A program made the translations under genes and the position numbers. From NCBI GenBank assembly GCA_044344255.1, contig JBIJDH010000005.1, positions 192,001 to 256,000 of the forward strand: 64,000 nucleotides of DNA. The letters are read 5' to 3'. How positions within the stretch are numbered: position 1 is the first letter of the stretch; each line of letters opens with the position of its first letter. Source of the DNA: Myxococcota bacterium (GTDB taxonomy: Bacteria; Myxococcota_A; UBA796; UBA2385). The notes under the pieces are model-generated. The model worked only from the letters and a program-made list of their open reading frames with translations. It searched no databases and had not been told where the DNA came from. Of this stretch, positions 57,258 through 64,000 are shown piece by piece.

Positions 57258-57793
57258 CAGCCACCTCCAAACAGGGAGCGCAGGCGGTCGCGCAGGGTGG
57301 GCTTGGCTTCGTCCGGGGCGGGCTCGGGCGCGGACTCCGCCTTCCAGACCTGTTGGATGGCCTGGTTGGTGCGGCGGATTCGCCGGGCCAGGGTGCCGAG
57401 CAGGTATTGCTCCAAGGCGGCGATGGCGGGGTTGTTCGCCGCGGCGTCGAGGAGGGTGGGGGTGATGAGCAGGGCGACCGAGGGCTCGGCGGCGGTCACG
57501 GTGGCGCTGCGGTGGCCGCCGGGGTGAAACAGCGCCTGCTCCCCCAAGAGCTCGCCTGGGCGAATGTCACCGATCGAGCGGCTCTCTTTGCCCGAGGCCG
57601 AGTAGACCGTGGCGATCAGCTTGCCCTCGACGAGCAAGAGCGCGACGTCTGCGTCGGTGCCTTGGCGAAACACGAGGTCTCCGGCCTTGAAGGTGACCGG
57701 TGGGGCTGCGATGAGCAGCGCCTCAAGGCTCGGGCGGGGCACCGTCCCGAACATATAGAGGCGGCTCAGCTTCTCGACGTCGGACATGAACAT
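57257..57793 (-). CDS. Cyclic-nucleotide-binding domain protein (no HTH)
   Basis: GDLVFRQG, LVEGKL, GELLGEQALF...RSATV. Confidence 0.85.
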   Translation of the reverse strand: MFMSDVEKLSRLYMFGTVPRPSLEALLIAAPPVTFKAGDLVFRQGTDADVALLLVEGKLIATVYSASGKESRSIGDIRPGELLGEQALFHPGGHRSATVTAAEPSVALLITPTLLDAAANNPAIAALEQYLLGTLARRIRRTNQAIQQVWKAESAPEPAPDEAKPTLRDRLRSLFGGG

Positions 57794-57818
57794 TGCCTCG
57801 GGGTCTGCGCCGGGGAGC

Positions 57819-58307
57819 TCAGCTGGCCCGACCTGGCCATGCGGCGCGGATCGTCCAGCGGGGCCCGCGCTCCAGCAGGAGCACGCTCGCGTAGTGATGA
57901 ACCGGCACGGAGACCGGAGGGGGACCATACCGCTCTTGGAGGGACACGATCAAGGGATGGTGTCCGATGATCGCCGCGTTGGAGGCCATGGGGTCCCCCA
58001 TGAGGACCTCCCACTCCCGCTCGTCTTCGAGCGTGGTGGGCAGCGCCTGTCGGCGGACTTCGGGGAAGACCTGACCGACCGCCTCGGCGGTCTCCCGGGT
58101 GCGGCGCGTCGGGCTATGGAGGAGCAGGGTGGGGTGGAAGCCCTGCCCCTTGAGCCATTGGCCGGCCTCTTCGGCCATCCGTCGCCCGGCGGGGGTGAGG
58201 CCGGGGTCCGGCTGCCCTGCGAAGCGCTCCCCGTGTCGCATGACGGCTACCCTCACCCTGCGATGCGGCATGTCGGCCCCCGGCTCCGTGTAGCCGGTCA
58301 CCCGCAT
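57819..58307 (-). CDS. sixA: Phosphohistidine phosphatase SixA-like
   Basis: MRHGE, LTPAG, HSPTRRTRETA, IGHHP. Confidence 0.75.
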   Translation of the reverse strand: MRVTGYTEPGADMPHRRVRVAVMRHGERFAGQPDPGLTPAGRRMAEEAGQWLKGQGFHPTLLLHSPTRRTRETAEAVGQVFPEVRRQALPTTLEDEREWEVLMGDPMASNAAIIGHHPLIVSLQERYGPPPVSVPVHHYASVLLLERGPRWTIRAAWPGRAS

Positions 58308-58399
58308 TCGCGCCTTGCCGCGGCGCCTCGGACGTGTTCCGGTGGCGCCCCGCCGTCCGCCGCCATCCCCCGCCGTCCACCCGTTTGCCCGGAGCCCCC

Positions 58400-58936
58400 G
58401 TGAAGGACTTGAAGAGCCAGCTCCAAGAGCGCCTCGGCAGCCTCCCGCTCCCGGCCACGGCCTCGGCGCCCGCCGCGCCGGCTCGGCCGCCGAAGGTCGA
58501 GCCCAAGGTCGAGCCCAAGGTCGAGGACAGCGGCGCCCTCGCCCCGAACGCGCACCTCGCTTCGCCCTGGCTGGTCAAGCTCCGCGCGGTGCGCCTGCCC
58601 GGACACTCGGTCGCCGCCAGCCCCTCGCTCGGCAACGCGCGCCAGCTCACGGATCTCGCCGTGAAGGGCCTCAAGAAGGCCGGTCGGCCCGGCGAGGCCC
58701 GCGAGCTCGATGATCTCCGCGACCGCTTCATGGACAAGCGGGCCACTGAGGCCTGGTCGCTGATCAAGCAGACCTTCACGACCTTTGACCTCCCCGATCG
58801 GGCCTACCGTGCGCTCAAGCAGAGCGACCTCGACCCCGTGACCGTCCTCACCCGCCTCCGTGCGCTGCCCGAAGACGAGCTGCGCGGCATGGGCGCGGAT
58901 CGACTCCGTGACCGCCTCTCCGCTCCGCGTGGATGA
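58400..58936 (+). CDS. Hypothetical helical protein
   Basis: GTG after GGAG, high-GC3 codon usage, PKVE x3 repeat, 6 nt before rlmD. Confidence 0.65.
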   Translation: MKDLKSQLQERLGSLPLPATASAPAAPARPPKVEPKVEPKVEDSGALAPNAHLASPWLVKLRAVRLPGHSVAASPSLGNARQLTDLAVKGLKKAGRPGEARELDDLRDRFMDKRATEAWSLIKQTFTTFDLPDRAYRALKQSDLDPVTVLTRLRALPEDELRGMGADRLRDRLSAPRG

Positions 58937-58942
58937 ACCTCG

Positions 58943-60439
58943 ATGCACTGCTCCCACCACCCCGCCTGCCCTGGCTGCCCCCTCCTCGACCGGAGCTATC
59001 CGGAGCAGCTCGAGCTCAAACGAGCCCGCCTGCAGGCCGCCTTCGCCTTCTACCCCCACCTGCCCGAGGTGCCGCCCGTGGCGCCGGCCGCCTTCACCGA
59101 GGGCTATCGCCACCGGCTGAAGCTCCCGGTCGAGACGGGCCGAGACGGCACGCGGGTCGGCCTCTATGACCGCGGCACCGGCCGGGTGCTCGACACCCCC
59201 GACTGCCCGGTGCTCGAGCCCGGCCTCCGCGACGCGCTCGGCGTGATCCGCGGCTGGATGAAGGGGAAGGCCGACATCCACAGCGTCGACCTCCGGCGCA
59301 GCGCCGCCACCGGCGAGCTGCAGGTCGTCTTCGCCTGTGTGGGCGGCGATCTCCCCGGCGGCCCCCGCGGCGCTCGGGGGCTGATGCGCAGCCTGCCGGC
59401 CCTCACCTCGCTGGCCGTCAGCCGCGCCGACCCCGAGCGGAAGCGCGTGATGGGTCAGGACGCCAAGGTGCTCGCTGGCAAGCCCTTCATCGAGGAGGCC
59501 ATCGGCAGCGTGCGCTACCGGCTGCACCCCGGGGCCTTCTTCCAGGTCGACCCCCGCACCGCCGAGCTCCTCCACGGCATCGTGCGGGACGCTGTCGGCG
59601 AGGCCAACCGGGTGCTCGACCTCTACGCCGGCGTTGGCGCCTACGCCCTGATGCTGGCCGAGGGCCGCACCTCGGTGCTCGCCGTCGAGGAGGTGGCCGC
59701 GGCCGCGCGCTCCGCCCGCGAGATGGCGCCCCCGAACGTGAAGGTCATCGAGGGGCGTGTCGAGGACGTCGATCTCGGCCACAAGGTCGAGGCCACGGTC
59801 ATCAACCCGGCCCGGCGCGGCTCCGATCCCGCCACCCTCGCCCGCCTCGCCCACCACAGCCAGCGCATCATCTACGTCTCCTGCGGCCCCGAGACGCTGG
59901 CCCGCGACCTCGACTGCCTCGCCGCCAACGGCATGCGGCTCCGCGGCCTCTGGCCGATCGACCTCTTCCCCCAGACCGCGGAGGTCGAGACGGTAGCGCT
60001 GCTCGAGCGGGGCCACGCCCTCGAGAGCTGGTCGGTCCCGGGCGGCAAGGCCCGCGGCCCCTGGCGTGGCGAACCGTCGGGGGCGATCGGTCGGCCAGAG
60101 CGCCTGATCGCGCTGGCCATCGGCGACACCGGCGAGTCCGGCAACCTCCCCGGCGGGCACTACCGGCGGGTGGCGACCATCGCCACCCACTCCCTCGTGC
60201 GCATCGAGCTTGAGGGGGCGCCGATCCCCGCCCTCGCCAGCCTGTCCCGGCGGGGCCACCCCATCGCCGGCCGTGACCCCCGCACCGCCCGCTTCTTCGC
60301 CGACAAGGCGGGCCTCGTCCGACCCTTCTTGCACGTCGAGCGGGCCGGCAAGGTCAAGGCCCCCCTGCACGGTGACCTGCTCCAGGCCCTTGAGGCCCTC
60401 GGCGCCGACGAGCGGCTGCTCAGCCGGGTCCGCGGCTGA
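58943..60439 (+). CDS. rlmD: 23S rRNA m5U methyltransferase (RlmD/TrmA family) with C-terminal RluA-like extension
   Basis: CSHHPACPGC Fe-S motif, FFQV, LDLYAGVG, YVSCGPETLARD, DLFPQT. Confidence 0.85.
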   Translation: MHCSHHPACPGCPLLDRSYPEQLELKRARLQAAFAFYPHLPEVPPVAPAAFTEGYRHRLKLPVETGRDGTRVGLYDRGTGRVLDTPDCPVLEPGLRDALGVIRGWMKGKADIHSVDLRRSAATGELQVVFACVGGDLPGGPRGARGLMRSLPALTSLAVSRADPERKRVMGQDAKVLAGKPFIEEAIGSVRYRLHPGAFFQVDPRTAELLHGIVRDAVGEANRVLDLYAGVGAYALMLAEGRTSVLAVEEVAAAARSAREMAPPNVKVIEGRVEDVDLGHKVEATVINPARRGSDPATLARLAHHSQRIIYVSCGPETLARDLDCLAANGMRLRGLWPIDLFPQTAEVETVALLERGHALESWSVPGGKARGPWRGEPSGAIGRPERLIALAIGDTGESGNLPGGHYRRVATIATHSLVRIELEGAPIPALASLSRRGHPIAGRDPRTARFFADKAGLVRPFLHVERAGKVKAPLHGDLLQALEALGADERLLSRVRG

Positions 60440-60445
60440 GGCGGC

Positions 60446-62086
60446 TCAGGCGTTGACCGCCGCGTCGAGCCCCCGGAGGGCGGTGAGGAGGTCGGGGCCG
60501 AGCGGGAGGAGGTCGGTGAGCGTGTCTTCCTGGTGCGCGCGACGCCCGCTGCCCCGTGTCACCGTCACGACCCGACCGGAGAGGTAGGTCCACATCGCCT
60601 GTCCCCTGCGGTGCTCCGCGGTGCAGCCGATCCAGCGGTCGTCCGCGGTCCGGGCAAAACAGGTGGCGTAGCCCTCGCCGCAGCGGATCGGCCTCCAGTC
60701 GACCTGGGGGAGGAGGTCGAGCCGAGGGCCGCCGCTCGGGCCTCGTTCGAAGCGGCGCCCCCCGACCTCGACGCTCAAGCGGAGGAGCTCGGCGGGCGCC
60801 TCCAGCCTCCGGCCGCTCGGCCCTTCGACCGGGGGCAACACCTGCCCCTGCTCCCGGAGCAGGCGGAGGAGCCGAGAGAGGGGGGGCGCCTCACGGACGA
60901 ACCAGCCGGCGACGGGCTCGAGGTCGAGGCCGGTCTGACGCACGCCAACCAAGCCGCCGAGGAGCTCGAGGTCGCGGCTCGACGCATCGGGCCAGCGCTG
61001 CACCAGCGGCGCCATGCCGAGCCCCCCCGGGAATGAGCCCGGACTGAGACCCGGGCCCCCCATCGTGCGGCCGGCCCGCTTCAGCTCAGCGGCGGCCTCC
61101 AGGCGGGCGGCGTAGGTCTTGTCGAATAGCGGGTTGCGCAGGGTGGGCTGGTGGTCCGCCCCCTGGCACACGTAGGGGAAGAGCTCGGCCACCCAGCCGA
61201 CGACGTTCTCTCCGCCATAAACCTCGAGGGGCACCCAGATCTGGCGCCAGAAGGCCCCGTCGGGTCGCCCTTCGGCGGTCTCGACGAGGGCGTCGAGGAT
61301 GGGGCGCAGCCGTTCGGCCCACCACCCGAGCTCCAGCGCCTCGAAGGCCTCCACCCGGGCCCGGATGCGACGCCAGTCCTCGGGGGTGCCGCGCAGCTCG
61401 ACCTCCGGGATGCCGCAGATGCAGAGCATCTCGAAGTCGAAGTAGCGCTTGAGGGCGCTCATCAGCAGGACGCGGCTCGCCACCTCGGCCTCGGGGGTGG
61501 TCGTGCTGAAGTCGCAGCGGAACAGGGCGGGCAGGCCGGGGCCGACCTCGGCCTCGACGAGGCCGCACCAACGGGCGATGGCGGAGGCCCAGCCGGCCTC
61601 ATCGAGCGTGCCGTCGGCCGGCCCGGGGATGACGAGGGCCCGCTTGCCCTCGTGTTGAACGAGGCGCCCACGGAGGCGCTCGGCGTTCTGCTCGATGTGG
61701 ACCGCGATCCCGTGGGCGAGGGTGAGCCACACCGCGTCGGGCGTGAGGACGAGGGGGCGGTGCTCGGTGAAGGCACGATGGACCGCGCCCACCAGGGGGT
61801 GGTCGTCTGGCACCTCGATGAAGGGGCCGCGGGCGGCGGCGGCGAGGGGGCCCGCGGCCGGCGCCCCGGGCGGCGACCCCACGGCGCGCGCCATCACCTC
61901 GGCGGGGTCGAGCTCGGAGCAGGGCTGCTGCGCAGGGTCCACTGGGTCCACCGCGAAGCGCAGCCCGCCGCTCACCCCCGGGCGGCAGGCGAGGCGCTCG
62001 GGGCGGAGCGGGGCGCTGCCGTGCGATGGCGGGGGGCCCCCGGAGAGCAGGCCGAGGCGGACGAGGAGGTCATTCCACAGGCTCAT
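60446..62086 (-). CDS. DUF4419 domain-containing protein
   Basis: AFTEHRPLVLTPDAVWL, CDFSTTT, YFDF...CGIPEVELRGTPEDW, GW...LFPY. Confidence 0.85.
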   Translation of the reverse strand: MSLWNDLLVRLGLLSGGPPPSHGSAPLRPERLACRPGVSGGLRFAVDPVDPAQQPCSELDPAEVMARAVGSPPGAPAAGPLAAAARGPFIEVPDDHPLVGAVHRAFTEHRPLVLTPDAVWLTLAHGIAVHIEQNAERLRGRLVQHEGKRALVIPGPADGTLDEAGWASAIARWCGLVEAEVGPGLPALFRCDFSTTTPEAEVASRVLLMSALKRYFDFEMLCICGIPEVELRGTPEDWRRIRARVEAFEALELGWWAERLRPILDALVETAEGRPDGAFWRQIWVPLEVYGGENVVGWVAELFPYVCQGADHQPTLRNPLFDKTYAARLEAAAELKRAGRTMGGPGLSPGSFPGGLGMAPLVQRWPDASSRDLELLGGLVGVRQTGLDLEPVAGWFVREAPPLSRLLRLLREQGQVLPPVEGPSGRRLEAPAELLRLSVEVGGRRFERGPSGGPRLDLLPQVDWRPIRCGEGYATCFARTADDRWIGCTAEHRRGQAMWTYLSGRVVTVTRGSGRRAHQEDTLTDLLPLGPDLLTALRGLDAAVNA

Positions 62087-64000
62087 GGGGGCGCTCCGGT
62101 GGAGGGGGGGGCTCCGCGCCCGCTCCGTTCGTCGGCGCGGCCGGCGGCGGGGCGGGTGTCGGCATCTTCTCCCGCCAGGCGGCGAGGTCGAAGGCCGACA
62201 TGAAGTAACGGTCGGGGATGTCGCGGGCGGGCAGCTCGACCTCGTTGGCCGACCAGGGCATCCAGGCCGGGCCGGGGGGCAGCTCTTTGCCGGGCCACTC
62301 GAAGCCCTGCTGCTCCACGGTCTCGATGGGGGTCTGCCCGAGGCGCTCCATCAAGGCGCGCACGACGTGCCGGTAGTGGGTGCCGCCGAGCCGCGGCTCG
62401 GTCAGGTAGAAGCCGCGCTCGTGGATGACCAGCCAGCGGTACTCCCCCGCCTCCATCAGGCGGGTGAGGTCGATGTCGTGCAGGTCACCCAGGTTCGCCT
62501 CGAGGGGCGTCGTGGAGAGCAGGCGGAAGAAGTCCCAGATGGGGTCCTTCTTCGGCTCGGCGCGGGCCAGCCAGCGCAGGCGCTCCGCGGGCTCTCCGCC
62601 GCCCATCTGGCGGAGCTCCGGCGGCAGCGCCGGCAGCGAGGCCCAGGAGCGGTAGACCTTCTGGGTGTGAAAGGACTGGTAGGCGCAGAGGATGTCCTGC
62701 TGCTGATCGAGCGGCAGCTCGATGATGCCCTGCTTGACGGTGGGATCGAGGCCTGCGTACCACTCCGGCAGCACGAAGGCGCTCACCTGGACGGGCAGGC
62801 GCCAGGTGGTGGGCGCGATCGACCCCTTGGCCACCTCCCCCGGGTCAAAGCGGTAAAAGGGCTGGGTGAGCACGGCGGCGAAGACCACGAGCCCGATGAC
62901 CCTCCGCCAACCGGGGCGGAGCCGATCGAGGCTCAGGGCGAGCAGGATCGTGGAGAGCACCACCACCATGCTGAAGAGCCGGTAGGGCGCGAACATTCGG
63001 GACATGCCCGGGATGAACTGGAACATCCAGGCGTAGGGCAGCCGGACGACGAACTCCCCGGAGACCTTGACCACCTCGCTCATGTCCTTGTGGGAGCCGA
63101 GCTTGAGGAAGGGCCCGAGGGTGCCCAAGTAGAAGAAGAGCCAGATGAGCAGCCAGGAGCGGGCGCGGCGCGTGAAGAAGGCGGGAATGATGCCCGCGAC
63201 CAGCACCGCCACCGGGAAGGCCCGCGTCCCGTGCTTCGTGTTCCAGAGGTAGTCGGCGGGCCAGCCGGAGTCGATCGTCCGGTGGATCGAAGAGAGCACG
63301 TTCTCCCGGTAGGTCGAGGGCCGGAGCGGCGCTGCGGCGATGGTGTCGTAGGCGGGGAAGGGGAGGAAGAAGCTGAGCTCGGGCAGCTTGGCCACCCCGC
63401 CCCGGCCGCCCTGCTCGTCGCTCGCCCGCAGGTAGGGGGAGACGAAGATGAGCGAGCCGAGCACCGCCGCGGCGAAGGCCGGGAGGACCGGGCGGGCGAG
63501 GATGCGCAGCGGCGGCCGGTCTTCTATGTACCAACCCACCACGGCGAAGAGCGTGAACAGCACGGCGAAGAGGCCGTAGAACCAGTAGAAGGCGGCGATG
63601 AGCACGAAGCAGAGGCCGACCGCGAGGCCATCGAGGGCGGAGCCGGTGCGCCAGGCCCGCTGCAGGAGGGCCGGGTAGAGCAGGAGCCACCACAAGAGCG
63701 CCTGTCGAAAGCCGGAATTACCGAGCTCCATGAAGGTGATCGGGTTGGCCATCGCGAGCGCCCCGGCGGCGGCCGACACCGCCCGCGAGCTCGTGAAGGA
63801 GCGGGCGAGCGCGTAGCCGCAGAGCCCGTTCCCCCAGAGGATGATCAGCGCCTTCAGGTTGTGATGGGCGGGGAAGCCGAAGAAGTGCTCCAGCGGATAC
63901 GAGAGGAGCAGCACGTCGAGGATGTTGCCGGTCTCGGGGTAGCGCCCGAGGCCGAGGAGGGTGGCGAGCTGCCCGAGGAGCCCCCCGTCGGTCGCGGCGA
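62070..64000 (-). CDS. Multi-TM GT-C/YfhO-like membrane protein, 5' end outside the window
   Basis: Frame stays open to the window edge. FYWFYG, LGP, PYAW...PGMSRMFAPYR, IELPL, YQSFH. Confidence 0.65.
   Translation of the reverse strand, partial: AATDGGLLGQLATLLGLGRYPETGNILDVLLLSYPLEHFFGFPAHHNLKALIILWGNGLCGYALARSFTSSRAVSAAAGALAMANPITFMELGNSGFRQALLWWLLLYPALLQRAWRTGSALDGLAVGLCFVLIAAFYWFYGLFAVLFTLFAVVGWYIEDRPPLRILARPVLPAFAAAVLGSLIFVSPYLRASDEQGGRGGVAKLPELSFFLPFPAYDTIAAAPLRPSTYRENVLSSIHRTIDSGWPADYLWNTKHGTRAFPVAVLVAGIIPAFFTRRARSWLLIWLFFYLGTLGPFLKLGSHKDMSEVVKVSGEFVVRLPYAWMFQFIPGMSRMFAPYRLFSMVVVLSTILLALSLDRLRPGWRRVIGLVVFAAVLTQPFYRFDPGEVAKGSIAPTTWRLPVQVSAFVLPEWYAGLDPTVKQGIIELPLDQQQDILCAYQSFHTQKVYRSWASLPALPPELRQMGGGEPAERLRWLARAEPKKDPIWDFFRLLSTTPLEANLGDLHDIDLTRLMEAGEYRWLVIHERGFYLTEPRLGGTHYRHVVRALMERLGQTPIETVEQQGFEWPGKELPPGPAWMPWSANEVELPARDIPDRYFMSAFDLAAWREKMPTPAPPPAAPTNGAGAEPPPPPERPHEPVE

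Overview
Very GC-rich (visually about 70-75%), densely coding bacterial chromosomal DNA. It is most likely Myxococcota-like, given two MYXO-CTERM-type C-termini, several Hanks-type kinase fusions and sigma54 enhancer-binding proteins. About 49 protein-coding genes are supported. I saw no rRNA, tRNA, CRISPR array, integrase or transposase. Recognisable genes include pepN, serA, serC, an ABC-F ATPase, ctaA, pspA, lysC, rlmL, plsB-like, gpsA-like, yicC, dCMP deaminase, sixA and rlmD. They are mixed with envelope-modification genes (four GT-C-like membrane proteins, a sulfatase-fold transferase, an Lnb/DUF4105 protein) and signalling genes. The most unusual features are: (1) a sigma54 activator whose intact AAA+ domain appears nested inside a split, degenerate second AAA+ domain, with an FHA-like region, no HTH, and coupling to a Ser/Thr kinase in a sixA-cNMP-cNMP-hydrolase-EBP-kinase run; (2) a mirror-image pseudokinase/kinase STAND-TPR pair around a divergent MBL hydrolase/EVE pair separated by a 15-bp triple repeat; (3) tandem exported amidohydrolases followed by a GT-C enzyme; (4) several apparent pseudoenzymes (GpsA without its catalytic Lys, a GAHSTA activator, an RluA remnant fused to RlmD); (5) an ATP-grasp/esterase/ATP-grasp cassette. 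All family calls come from motif recognition by eye; no searches were run.
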